From Pseudomonadales bacterium (GTDB taxonomy: Bacteria > Pseudomonadota > Gammaproteobacteria > Pseudomonadales > Azotimanducaceae), in NCBI GenBank assembly GCA_051027215.1, contig JBPCXR010000086.1, positions 798 to 64,797 on the forward strand: a stretch of DNA of 64,000 bases. The letters are read 5' to 3'. This document shows positions 30,603 through 41,081 of this stretch, one piece after another. How positions within the stretch are numbered: the stretch's first letter is position 1; each line of letters starts with the position of its first letter. Both the position numbers and the translations under genes were made by a program. The notes under the pieces are model-generated. The model ran no database searches, was not told the DNA's origin, and saw only the letters and a list, made by a program, of their open reading frames with translations.

Positions 30603-31595
30603 TTATCCGACGATTGGACGCACTTGGTTCACTAGCAGCAGATTGTAGCCAATCCAGGCTGCCAGCAGCACAGCACCCTCAAAGCGGGTGATCACAGGTT
30701 GTGAATTGACGGCATAGGCGAACAGCGCCAAGAGCAGAGTCACGGCCAACATCATGCCGCAATCTCGCCATAGGGCTAGCGCGCTAATCTCTGTGGGTGC
30801 CACTAAAGCCGGTACCGCCAACACTGCCAGAATGTTCAAAATGTTGGAGCCGACAACGTTGCCGATAGCTATGTCGGTATCGCCTTTCATTGCGGAACCG
30901 ATGGTTGCCGCCAATTCTGGCAGGCTAGTGCCGATGGCGACGATGGTCAGGCCGATAATCATTTCGCTGACGCCAAGGGCTGCGGCGATGCTGGTCGCGG
31001 ACCAAACCAGTAACTCGGCGCTGGCTATGAGCAGCGCCAGGCCCACGCCGAGCCAAATCCACCCCTCCGCAGGACTCATTTCAGGTAGCTCATCGAGCTC
31101 ATCTTCGATGGAGTGCAGACTGTCGGCGCCAACAAAATCATCTCGAGGATTGAGCTGTGAGTGCACTAGCCGATACATGATGAGCCCAAGACCTGTTAGC
31201 AACAGCAGGCCGTCGCCGAGCGTCAGATTAAGGTCAAACAGCAGGATCAGCGCAAGAGCAGTCGCGCCTAGCAGCCAAGGCAATTCGCTGCGTAGCACCG
31301 CCTGGGAAAACGGTAGGGGCGCAATTAACGCGGTAATGCCTAGCACCAGGCCGATGTTGGCGATGTTGGAACCAACAGCGTTGCCGACCGCGAGCAGCGG
31401 ATTGCCTTCCAAGGCAGCGGCCAAAGCAACGAGGATCTCTGGTGCGGAAGTGCCGAGAGAGACGACGGTCAGACCAATTAGCATCTTCGACACACCGAGG
31501 TTGGTGGCCGTTGCTGCCGCGCCGGAAAGGAACCGATCAGCGCTCCAAACTAGGGTAATTAGCCCAAGAATCAGCGCGAGGACGGGAACCCACAT
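30603..31595 (-). CDS. yrbG: CaCA-family Na+/Ca2+ antiporter (YrbG-like)
   Basis: 330 aa with two alpha-repeats, GNAVGSNIANI and GNVVGSNILNI. Confidence 0.88.
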   Translation of the reverse strand: MWVPVLALILGLITLVWSADRFLSGAAATATNLGVSKMLIGLTVVSLGTSAPEILVALAAALEGNPLLAVGNAVGSNIANIGLVLGITALIAPLPFSQAVLRSELPWLLGATALALILLFDLNLTLGDGLLLLTGLGLIMYRLVHSQLNPRDDFVGADSLHSIEDELDELPEMSPAEGWIWLGVGLALLIASAELLVWSATSIAAALGVSEMIIGLTIVAIGTSLPELAATIGSAMKGDTDIAIGNVVGSNILNILAVLAVPALVAPTEISALALWRDCGMMLAVTLLLALFAYAVNSQPVITRFEGAVLLAAWIGYNLLLVNQVRPIVG

Positions 31596-31647
31596 ATCAG
31601 GTTGTTGGTCTCAAAACAGATAGCTCAATTGGAATGTGAACGTGATT

Positions 31648-31705
31648 GCGCACTTTAGTTGTATCGAGATGCAGAAGCCAACAGTGCAATTAGGCTAAAG
31701 TGCGC
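31648..31705. promoter_or_regulatory. 11-bp perfect inverted repeat GCGCACTTTAG ... CTAAAGTGCGC (36-nt spacer) in the divergent yrbG/mlaF region
   Basis: Read directly. The function is unknown. Confidence 0.3.
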
Positions 31706-31799
31706 TCAATTTTAAACTGTCTTGCATTTGTGGCGCGATGTCCGAGCGGGCTGCGTGGTCAGTGTGTGCTTATGTCGTGTGTTGGGTTAAGGGTCGCCA

Positions 31800-32597
31800 G
31801 TGTCTAATCTAATTGAAATAAGGGACCTGCATTTCTCCCGTGGTGATCGCGTGATCTTCAACGGCATCAACATGTCGGTGCCCGCCGGAAAGATCTCTGG
31901 CCTCATGGGACCTAGCGGTACTGGCAAGACGACGCTGCTGCGCATCATCGGTGGCGAGGTCCGGCCCGACTCCGGAGAGGTGATCGTAGCAGGTCAAAAC
32001 GTCTGCGAATTGTCGCGCAATGAGCTGTTCGAGCTACGTAAGGGCATTGGCTTGTTGTTTCAATCCTCGGCACTGTTCACCGATCTGTCGGTATTTGAAA
32101 ATGTTGCCTTCCCATTGCGCGAGCACACTCATCTGCCCGATGACAGCATACGCGACCTGGTTTTGATGAAACTCAACGCGGTCGGTCTGCGTGGTGCCCG
32201 CGATCTGATGCCCAGTCAACTCTCCGGTGGCATGGCTCGGCGGGTAGCGCTAGCTCGAGCTATTGCGCTGGATCCGCAGCTGGTGATGTATGACGAACCT
32301 TTTACCGGGCAGGATCCAATTGCCATGGGCATCATCGTGCGCCTGATCGATCAATCGAACGCGGCGCTGCGCACCACCTCCTTGGTGGTATCTCACGACA
32401 TCCATGAGACCCGCAGCATCGCTGATCATCTTTTCATCATTGCCGATGGGGTCGTCATCGGTGAGGGCACACCTGCCGAACTGGCCATTCATGCATCTGA
32501 CAAGGTGCGGCAGTTCATGGGCGGTGAACCCGATGGCCCGGTGCCGTTCCACTATCCGGCCGATGACTATCGTTTTGACGTACTGAGTGGCTCCTGA
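31800..32597 (+). CDS. mlaF: phospholipid ABC transporter ATPase MlaF
   Basis: 265 aa with a GTG start, Walker A GPSGTGKTT and the signature LSGGMARR. Confidence 0.93.
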   Translation: MSNLIEIRDLHFSRGDRVIFNGINMSVPAGKISGLMGPSGTGKTTLLRIIGGEVRPDSGEVIVAGQNVCELSRNELFELRKGIGLLFQSSALFTDLSVFENVAFPLREHTHLPDDSIRDLVLMKLNAVGLRGARDLMPSQLSGGMARRVALARAIALDPQLVMYDEPFTGQDPIAMGIIVRLIDQSNAALRTTSLVVSHDIHETRSIADHLFIIADGVVIGEGTPAELAIHASDKVRQFMGGEPDGPVPFHYPADDYRFDVLSGS

Positions 32598-33379
32598 TGC
32601 TGGATTGGCTGCGCAGAATTGGCATACGTGCGCTGAGGCACTTTGAAGATTTAGGCCGGGCAACCCTGATCTGGGTTACTGCCTTGTGGGGATTGCCGCG
32701 CTGGGCGGATTTGAAGTTGCTGGTACGGCAGATCTATCAGGTTGGCGTTCTATCCTTGCCGATCATCGTGCTTTCTGCCTTTTCGATCGGCGCTGTCATT
32801 GCCCTGCAGTTCTATACCCAGCTTGCACGCTTTGGCGCCGAAGATGCGGTAGGCGTGGGGCTGGCCATGGTGTTGCTGCGCGAGTTGGGTCCAGTGGTTA
32901 CGGGCCTATTGTTCGTCGGCCGAGCGGGTAGCGCGATCACCGCAGAAATTGGTCTCATGAAGACCACCGAACAGCTGACCAGCATGGCCATGATGGGTGT
33001 CGACCCATTGCATCGGATTGTTGCACCGCGGCTGTGGGCGGGCTTCATTAGCCTGCCGTTGTTAACAGCGATTTTTAACGTCGTGGCCATCTATGGCGGC
33101 GTGCTGGTAGGCGTGCGCTGGCTGGGCGTTGAGGAGGCAGGGTTCTGGACCGGCATGCAGGATGTGGTGGAGCTGTGGCAAGACGTCGGCAAAGGTATGA
33201 TCAAAAGTCTGGTTTTTGCGGTCGTGGTGACCTGGATAGCAGTCTTTCAAGGCTATGATACGACGCCTACGGCGGAGGGCATCTCCGAGGCCACCACACG
33301 AACGGTAGTGATGTCTTCTGTAATGATTCTGGCCCTGGATTTTCTTTTGACCCTTAGCATGTACGGGGATTTTTCCTGA
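32597..33379 (+). CDS. mlaE: phospholipid ABC transporter permease MlaE
   Basis: 260-aa polytopic ORF that abuts mlaF. Confidence 0.92.
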   Translation: MLDWLRRIGIRALRHFEDLGRATLIWVTALWGLPRWADLKLLVRQIYQVGVLSLPIIVLSAFSIGAVIALQFYTQLARFGAEDAVGVGLAMVLLRELGPVVTGLLFVGRAGSAITAEIGLMKTTEQLTSMAMMGVDPLHRIVAPRLWAGFISLPLLTAIFNVVAIYGGVLVGVRWLGVEEAGFWTGMQDVVELWQDVGKGMIKSLVFAVVVTWIAVFQGYDTTPTAEGISEATTRTVVMSSVMILALDFLLTLSMYGDFS

Positions 33380-33834
33380 TGCGGATGCGAACCATCGAAA
33401 TCAGCGTCGGCGCATTCGTGCTGGCAGGAGTATTAGCTCTAGTGTTTCTGGCCTTGAGGGTCAGCGGCGTGACCGAAGCTCAGCGCGCACAATCCTATGA
33501 GCTACATGCGAAGTTTGACGATGTCGCCGGTCTCCGCAAGCGGGCTAAAGTAACCGTTGCCGGCGTCAAGATCGGCGAAGTTAAACAGATCGACGTTGAT
33601 CTCGAATACGGCGAAGCAGAGGTCACATTCGAAATTCACGGCGAGCCCGGATTGCTGAGCGTAGATACCGGGGCGCAGATCGTCACCGAGGGGATTCTCG
33701 GCACGCGCTACGTCAGCCTGATGCTGGGCGCTGACGAAGAAACTTTGGCGGACGGCGATAAGATTACAGACACTCAAGGTGCGCTGGTGTTGGAAAAGTT
33801 GATCGGCGATTTTATTTCACGAATGGGATCATAA
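33379..33834 (+). CDS. mlaD: MCE-domain protein MlaD
   Basis: 151 aa with an N-terminal anchor and an MCE domain. Confidence 0.9.
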   Translation: MRMRTIEISVGAFVLAGVLALVFLALRVSGVTEAQRAQSYELHAKFDDVAGLRKRAKVTVAGVKIGEVKQIDVDLEYGEAEVTFEIHGEPGLLSVDTGAQIVTEGILGTRYVSLMLGADEETLADGDKITDTQGALVLEKLIGDFISRMGS

Positions 33835-33873
33835 TCGGCGGGAGCAATCCGTCGTGGTGAAAGGTAAACAACC

Positions 33874-34701
33874 ATGAGAATTACATCGAAACTAGCGAAT
33901 GGCCGTTGGGCGGGGCAAGGTGTGTTCCTCTTGCTAGGGCTGGCTTTGGCGCTAAGCAAGGCAATCGCGCTAGACAATCACGACTCGATGCCGGCTACAG
34001 GCGAGGCTGCAGAGGCTGTGGCAACTGAAGCCGTCGCAACTGAAGCCGTCGCAACTGAAGCCGTCGCAACGCCTGCCGTAGAAGCTGAGCAGGTTGGGCG
34101 CACCGAAGAGATCGCCAAAACAGCCAAATCCCCACACGAGCTGGTGGAAGGCTCCACTAAGGCGCTGATTGAGTTCATCGAACAAGCCAAGCCTTACGCT
34201 AACACCGAAACTGAGCGTTACTATCGCGAAGTCGAATCGCTGCTATCGCCGGTGGTTGATTTCAAGAATTTCTCTCGTGGCGTGATGGCCGTGCATTACA
34301 AAAAAGCGACTCCAGAGCAACGTGAGCGCTTTCGCGAGAGCTTTAAGTGGGGGTTGGTGAAGACCTATTCGCTTGCACTTACTGAGTTCAACGACGGTGA
34401 GGTTTCAGTACTGCCGCCGGATCGCGAGCCCGACAATCCGAAGCGGCAACGAGTAAAGATGGAGATCCGCGCGCCCTCTGGAGAGGTATACCCTGTGGTG
34501 TACGCACTACGACAGAATAAATCTGGGCGCTGGCGGATCTACAATCTGGTAGTCAACGGCGTAAATATGGGTCTGACATTTCGTAGCCAGTTTGCCAGTG
34601 CCATGAAAGACCGTCGCTACGGCGGGGATCTTGACCAGGTCATCGAGGCGTGGGCGACGGTTGTTGCCGACACCGATACGAACAACGAAAGCTCCGGCTG
34701 A
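33874..34701 (+). CDS. mlaC: periplasmic phospholipid-binding protein MlaC with an inserted repeat linker
   Basis: 275 aa. After the signal peptide comes a linker of about 45 aa rich in E/A/V/T, then an MlaC-like core (YYREVESLLSPVVDF...). Confidence 0.85.
   Translation: MRITSKLANGRWAGQGVFLLLGLALALSKAIALDNHDSMPATGEAAEAVATEAVATEAVATEAVATPAVEAEQVGRTEEIAKTAKSPHELVEGSTKALIEFIEQAKPYANTETERYYREVESLLSPVVDFKNFSRGVMAVHYKKATPEQRERFRESFKWGLVKTYSLALTEFNDGEVSVLPPDREPDNPKRQRVKMEIRAPSGEVYPVVYALRQNKSGRWRIYNLVVNGVNMGLTFRSQFASAMKDRRYGGDLDQVIEAWATVVADTDTNNESSG
34012..34071 (+). repeat. in-frame tandem repeat, 4 x 15 bp (GARGCYGTSGCAACN; peptide EAVAT x4)
   Basis: Read directly. Copies 2 and 3 are identical, copy 4 differs at one base and copy 1 at three. 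Confidence 0.95.
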
Positions 34702-34709
34702 GAGCGCCT

Positions 34710-35036
34710 GTGTCAGATACAGCAAGCACCGAAACTGAGCAGGTGACCGATGAGCCCTACCAGGTGCAGGGTGAGGTAAATTTGCAAACCTTCAGTGAGC
34801 AACGCCGTGCGGGTGAACAGGCAATAGCCGCGGCAGCTGGGCGCCCGGGAGCTACCATTGACTTCGATTTTGGTGGGGTGCAGGCCGCGAATAGCCTTAG
34901 CGTCGCTCTGATGACCGCTTGGTTTCGTTTTGCACAGACGCAAGGCTGCGAAATGCGGATACTACCGTTGCCCCAGGGCCTGCAGCTCATCGTCGAGTTT
35001 TCCGGTCTGAGCAGCGTGTTACCCCTGGATTCCTGA
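34710..35036 (+). CDS. mlaB: STAS-domain protein MlaB
   Basis: It is in the position after mlaC. A GTG at 34710 is in frame, 9 nt after the mlaC stop. The track ORF from 34650 overlaps mlaC. Confidence 0.75.
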   Translation: MSDTASTETEQVTDEPYQVQGEVNLQTFSEQRRAGEQAIAAAAGRPGATIDFDFGGVQAANSLSVALMTAWFRFAQTQGCEMRILPLPQGLQLIVEFSGLSSVLPLDS

Positions 35037-35089
35037 CTTTGGACTCACTGGATCGCCTTTGCGCTCCAAACTTACAAGCCGCAACCAAG

Positions 35090-35323
35090 ATGACAGATAC
35101 AACCCTGAGTGACCTGCGGGCCGCGCTAAACACGGCGTTCACAGATGGCGAGATCGAGGTCGCTCTAGATGGCGATCGGGCTCGCATAAGCGTGGTGTCC
35201 GAGGCGTTTGCCGGATTGTCCCGCGTAAAGCAACAGCAGGCCGTATATGCGGCCATTGGTCAATTCGTCAGTGATGGTCGACTACACGCAGTCACGATCG
35301 ACACGCGAACCAAGGACGCCTAA
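35090..35323 (+). CDS. ibaG: BolA-family protein IbaG
   Basis: 78 aa from the internal Met (MTDTTLSDL...) with RVKQQQAVYAAI and HAVTIDTRT. It lies between mlaB and murA, as in E. coli. Confidence 0.8.
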   Translation: MTDTTLSDLRAALNTAFTDGEIEVALDGDRARISVVSEAFAGLSRVKQQQAVYAAIGQFVSDGRLHAVTIDTRTKDA

Positions 35324-36601
<1,278 letters not shown>

Positions 36602-36643
36602 CAAGATGAACCAACAGCGCCTAGGATTCCAAGGAATAGCCGA

Positions 36644-37279
36644 ATGGGACTGACCATCGCCCTAAATCGCGGTCGCATCCTACGTGAATGTCTACCGCTG
36701 CTGGCCCGCATTGGCATCGAGCCAGCAGAAGACATCGCGAAATCGCGAAAGCTGGTGTTTGCGACCCGCGATGGCGCCCATCGACTGCTGGTAGTTCGTG
36801 GTGCTGACGTACCGACCTATGTGGAATATGGAGCCGCTGACGTTGGGGTAGTTGGTAAAGACACGCTCCTCGAGCACGGCTCTAGCAGCGGTTACTACGA
36901 GCGGCTGGATCTGGGTATCGGCCGCTGTCGGCTGATGACGGCGGTGCCGAAAGGTGCACGAGCAGTAGAGCCTGGCCGAAAGTTAAGGGTTGCGACAAAG
37001 TTTGTGCGTAGCGCCGCGCAGTTTTATCGCGAACAAAAACGTGAGGTCTCGATCATCAAGCTGTCTGGTGCGATGGAGATTGCACCGGTTATGGGGCTCG
37101 CGGACTGTATTGTCGACATAGTTGATACTGGCAATACCCTCAAAGCCAACGGTCTCGAAGCACGTGAGACCATCGCCGACATCAGCACCCGGCTGATTGT
37201 GAATCGGGCAGCAACCAAAACCCAGTTCGATGCGGTGAGCGCCTTGGTAGACGCATTGCGAGATGAGGTGGCGCGGTAA
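36644..37279 (+). CDS. hisG: ATP phosphoribosyltransferase, short form
   Basis: 211 aa ([13 protein letters not shown]...). This is the short HisG type, which normally works with HisZ. Confidence 0.92.
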   Translation: MGLTIALNRGRILRECLPLLARIGIEPAEDIAKSRKLVFATRDGAHRLLVVRGADVPTYVEYGAADVGVVGKDTLLEHGSSSGYYERLDLGIGRCRLMTAVPKGARAVEPGRKLRVATKFVRSAAQFYREQKREVSIIKLSGAMEIAPVMGLADCIVDIVDTGNTLKANGLEARETIADISTRLIVNRAATKTQFDAVSALVDALRDEVAR

Positions 37280-38610
37280 TGAGCGCGCGCTTAAATCCGC
37301 AGCGCTTGCAAACGTCGGATCCCAATTTCAATGCGCAACTCGATGAGCTGCTCGCCTGGGATCTGAGCGAGTCTAGTTCAATCAACCAGACGGCTGCGCG
37401 GATCATTGCCCGGGTTCGAGAGCAGGGCGAAGCGGCGTTGCTGGCGCTAACCGCGGAGCATGACGGTCTGTCGGCGCAAAGCCTGGCAGAGCTAACCCTG
37501 AGCCCCGAGGAATTTGCCCAAGCCCATGCAAGCCTGCCAGCGGCTGAGCGCGACGCTCTGGAAGTGACCCACCGACGCATCCAGGAGTACCACCAGCATC
37601 AGCTCCAGAGCGATTGGGAGTTTGAAGATGCCCATGGCAATCGACTTGGGCAGCGAATCACGCCCTTGGATCGAGTCGGCGTGTATGTACCGGGTGGTCA
37701 GGCGGCTTATCCTTCCACAGTGCTGATGACCGCCGTGCCCGCAGCTGTAGCAGGTGTTGCAGAAATTGTCATGACGGTGCCAACGCCCCATGGCCAGCGC
37801 AATGCCTTGGTATTGGCTGCCGCGCACCTGGCAGGGGTGTCTGCTGGATATACGGTTGGTGGTGCCCAAGCGATCGCTGCAATGGCGTTCGGCACCGCGG
37901 GCATTCCCAGAGTCGACAAAATTGTCGGTCCGGGCGGCGCTTTCGTGGCTGCGGCGAAGCGGCTGGTCTACGGCCAAGTGGGTATAGATGCCATCGCCGG
38001 TCCGAGTGAGATCCTCATCATCGCAGACGGTAGCGCTGACCCGCGTTGGTTGGCGTTGGATTTGTTCTCACAGGCAGAACACGACGCTGCCGCCCAAGCA
38101 ATCATGATCACCACCGATGCTGACTATTGTGAGCGAGTGTTGGCGCAGATGCGGCTACTGCTACCAGCCCAGCCAAGAGCGCGACTCATCGCGGAGTCAA
38201 TCAATGGCCGCGGCGGGTTGATCGTGACCGAGTCTTTAGCCGAGGCGGTAGCGGTAGCCAACCGTGTGGCGCCGGAGCATCTGCAGCTAGCAGTGGCCGA
38301 GCCCCGTGCTTTGCTGCCAGACATTCGCCACGCCGGCGCGGTCTTTCTCGGAGCCCGCTCTGCTGAGGTAATGGGCGATTACGCGGCGGGACCTAGTCAT
38401 GTGCTGCCGACCTTTGGCACGGCGCGGTTTTCATCGCCATTGGGGGTATACGACTTTCAAAAGCGCAGCTCATTGATCGACCTGTCTGAGGCCGGTGCCG
38501 ATGAGCTCGGCAAGCTCTCGGCCTTGATTGCCGATGGTGAGGGCCTCAGCGCTCATGCCGAGGCAGCTCGCGCTAGGGTGCGTGGCTACGACGAAAATCG
38601 TCAACCCTGA
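37279..38610 (+). CDS. hisD: histidinol dehydrogenase
   Basis: 443 aa with conserved GPGGAFVAAAKR and SQAEHD motifs. Confidence 0.95.
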   Translation: MSARLNPQRLQTSDPNFNAQLDELLAWDLSESSSINQTAARIIARVREQGEAALLALTAEHDGLSAQSLAELTLSPEEFAQAHASLPAAERDALEVTHRRIQEYHQHQLQSDWEFEDAHGNRLGQRITPLDRVGVYVPGGQAAYPSTVLMTAVPAAVAGVAEIVMTVPTPHGQRNALVLAAAHLAGVSAGYTVGGAQAIAAMAFGTAGIPRVDKIVGPGGAFVAAAKRLVYGQVGIDAIAGPSEILIIADGSADPRWLALDLFSQAEHDAAAQAIMITTDADYCERVLAQMRLLLPAQPRARLIAESINGRGGLIVTESLAEAVAVANRVAPEHLQLAVAEPRALLPDIRHAGAVFLGARSAEVMGDYAAGPSHVLPTFGTARFSSPLGVYDFQKRSSLIDLSEAGADELGKLSALIADGEGLSAHAEAARARVRGYDENRQP

Positions 38611-38625
38611 TCGAGGTCAGGGTTG
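38602..38625. terminator. perfect 9-bp/6-nt-loop hairpin CAACCCTGA-tcgagg-TCAGGGTTG embedding both the hisD and degS stop codons
   Basis: Read directly. There is no U-tract. It is a candidate bidirectional terminator or mRNA 3' stabiliser. Confidence 0.45.
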
Positions 38626-39687
38626 CAGCGCTGGGCGCTCGATCGCTACCGCCTCCAGCACTTGGGACTGGCCTGCTCGCTCGATCTCCAAACGTAAGGT
38701 CTGCCCTGGGTCGGCGCTGGCAATTTGACGGCTGACCGTCACTGAGGCCGTGGCCAGTAGACCGTCTACCGACTGCACCACATCGCCCACTCGTACACCG
38801 GCGTTGTAGGCCGGCCCGCCGTAGAGCACGGCGTTCACTCGCAAACCGTTGTTCTCGCCAGGAGCAGGCGCGCCGCCGAGTTCTAGCCCGAGCCAGCCGC
38901 GAACCACTTCGCCGGTTTGCACCAGATGTTCCAGCACATTCATCGCAACCCGGACCGGAATCGCGAAGCCAATGCCCTCAGAGCCCCCAGAGCGCGAGAA
39001 GATCAGCGTATTGATGCCAATCAGCTGACCATCCACATCGATCAAGGCACCCCCGGAGTTACCTAAATTGATCGCGGCATCGGTCTGTAAAAAGTCACTG
39101 TAGGGCGATGCCGTAATGCCGATACGGCCTTTCGCGCTGATAATCCCAGCAGAAACCGTCTGCCCGAGGCCAAACGGGTTGCCGATTGCCAGGGCAAGGT
39201 CGCCAACTGCCACTGCTTCAGAATCGCCAATGGGGATGGCAGTTAAGCCGGTTGCTTGAACCTTGACCACGGCGAGATCGGTTACCGGATCTGTACCGAT
39301 GATGCTAGCGGTAGTAGCTTGGCCGTTGTGAAAAGCCACCAGCACTTCGTCAGCGTTCGCGACCACGTGATTGTTGGTCAAGATAAATCCATCGCTGCGA
39401 ACAATCACCCCAGAGCCCAGCGAACTCTGTACTCGCTCGCTGGTGCCCAGCGACATGCGGTCGCACCAGGCTTGGAACTCCGGGCGCTCGCAGGCGGCCG
39501 GCCGCACTCGTTGAGTGGTATAGATGTTGACCACGGCGGGCGCTGCGGAGCGCACGGCATCAGCATAGCCGGTGCGCTGAGGCTTGAAGTTCACAAAAGC
39601 TAAAACCCCCAGCCCAATGACGGCGCCGACTAGGGCAGGCAGCAGGATGTAGCGCAGCAGATCTCGCATGGCGCGCAAGAATGGCAC
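38617..39687 (-). CDS. degS: DegS/AlgW-family periplasmic serine endoprotease
   Basis: 356 aa with an N-terminal anchor, a trypsin fold with GNSGGAL and one C-terminal PDZ domain. Confidence 0.88.
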   Translation of the reverse strand: MPFLRAMRDLLRYILLPALVGAVIGLGVLAFVNFKPQRTGYADAVRSAAPAVVNIYTTQRVRPAACERPEFQAWCDRMSLGTSERVQSSLGSGVIVRSDGFILTNNHVVANADEVLVAFHNGQATTASIIGTDPVTDLAVVKVQATGLTAIPIGDSEAVAVGDLALAIGNPFGLGQTVSAGIISAKGRIGITASPYSDFLQTDAAINLGNSGGALIDVDGQLIGINTLIFSRSGGSEGIGFAIPVRVAMNVLEHLVQTGEVVRGWLGLELGGAPAPGENNGLRVNAVLYGGPAYNAGVRVGDVVQSVDGLLATASVTVSRQIASADPGQTLRLEIERAGQSQVLEAVAIERPALQP

Positions 39688-39758
39688 CTTGCCCCAGTGC
39701 CCTCAACTGCTCCATGCTTCAACCTGTTGTTGAGTAGATTGTTGCCGACCCCTAGACC

Positions 39759-40868
39759 GTGTCTTTCACTGCATCCATTCCCAAGCCGTCGGAGCGCTAT
39801 CAGGAGCTGCTGGCAGTTTCCGGCTTTACCGCGGATCCAGCCCAGGCTGCGGTGGTGGCAGCGTTCGATGCGCTGCAGTCACGATTATTAGAGCGGCACG
39901 GATCCAAGGGCCTACTCGATATAGTGCGGCGTCGCTTTCGATCCGCGGAGCCCGTGCCTGGTCTGTACGTTTGGGGCAGCGTTGGTCGTGGCAAAACCAT
40001 GCTCATGGATTTGTTCTCGGACTGCCTGCCGGAAGGGCTCGGCGCGCGCATGCATTTTCATCGGTTCATGCATCAGGTGCATGCTGAGATGCGGACGCTG
40101 CAAGGGCAGGGTGATCCCCTCGAAGAAGTTGCGCGACGCTTAGTGGGGCAGGCCAAGGTGCTGTGCTTTGACGAGTTTTTTGTCTCCGACATCGGCGATG
40201 CGATGATCCTGGCCCAGACCCTGCGGCACCTGTTTGACCTTGGTGTGACTTTGGTCGCGACCTCCAACGTGGTCCCGGCAAAGCTCTACGAAAACGGCTT
40301 GCAGCGCCGCCGCTTTCTGCCCGCTATCGAGCTGCTGCAGCAGCATTGCACCATCCACGAGCTGGCGAGCCCGACAGATTACCGGCTGCGAGTGCTGCGG
40401 CAGGCGGAGATTTATCACGAGCCCCTGGATCTAGCAGCCGAGGCCAGTCTGGAACAGAGTTTCCGGGCCTTGGCACCCCAAGAGCCGGTGGCGGATCAAG
40501 ATCTATTGATCGAAGGGCGGAATATTCCAGTGAAGTGGCTTGCGGACGATGTCGCTTGGTTCGAGTTTTCGGCGCTGTGCGAGGGTCCGCGAAGCCAAGT
40601 GGACTACATTGAGCTGTCGCGCATCTTCCACGCCGTGGTAATCAGCAACGTCCCGCGGTTCACGGTCCAGCGAGAAGACGCGGCCCGGCGCTTCATTGCA
40701 CTGGTAGATGAATTCTACGATCGCAATGTCAAGCTGGTGGTGTCGGCAGCGGCCCCGGTCACCGAGCTTTACGCCGGCGAGCGGCTGCGATTCGAGTTCG
40801 AGCGGACCCAGAGCCGCCTGATTGAGATGCGCTCAGAAGCCTATTTGGGTCGAACCCATAAAGCCTGA
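39759..40868 (+). CDS. zapE: cell-division AFG1-like ATPase ZapE
   Basis: 369 aa with Walker A GSVGRGKTMLMD, in the position upstream of rplM. Confidence 0.88.
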   Translation: MSFTASIPKPSERYQELLAVSGFTADPAQAAVVAAFDALQSRLLERHGSKGLLDIVRRRFRSAEPVPGLYVWGSVGRGKTMLMDLFSDCLPEGLGARMHFHRFMHQVHAEMRTLQGQGDPLEEVARRLVGQAKVLCFDEFFVSDIGDAMILAQTLRHLFDLGVTLVATSNVVPAKLYENGLQRRRFLPAIELLQQHCTIHELASPTDYRLRVLRQAEIYHEPLDLAAEASLEQSFRALAPQEPVADQDLLIEGRNIPVKWLADDVAWFEFSALCEGPRSQVDYIELSRIFHAVVISNVPRFTVQREDAARRFIALVDEFYDRNVKLVVSAAAPVTELYAGERLRFEFERTQSRLIEMRSEAYLGRTHKA

Positions 40869-41081
40869 TCTGCCCCCGGGGAGTGAGTCTTTTATTGCCA
40901 AGCCGGAAGCCCTTCGCTAACATTCGCGCTCCAAAATTTCAGGGTCGCGGCGCTAGGCGCATTCGGCATTTGGTCATCGCCATCGACGCGCTTCTCAGAA
41001 AGGGCTCTTGGCTGACCCGAAGCCTACCCGGCCAGACTTCTAAGGCCTTGAAATAGAAATGAATTCTTTGCGGAGCAAAGC

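Noticed and set aside
30754-31623. 289-aa plus-strand ORF
   Set aside because: It is entirely antisense to the well-supported CaCA antiporter gene. Its Ser/Ala/Arg/Pro-rich low-complexity translation is typical of the reverse frame of a GC-rich membrane gene.
34012-34071. Possibility that the 15-bp repeats are a CRISPR or mini-satellite locus
   Set aside because: The units are contiguous with no spacers, they are in frame inside mlaC, and no cas genes are present.
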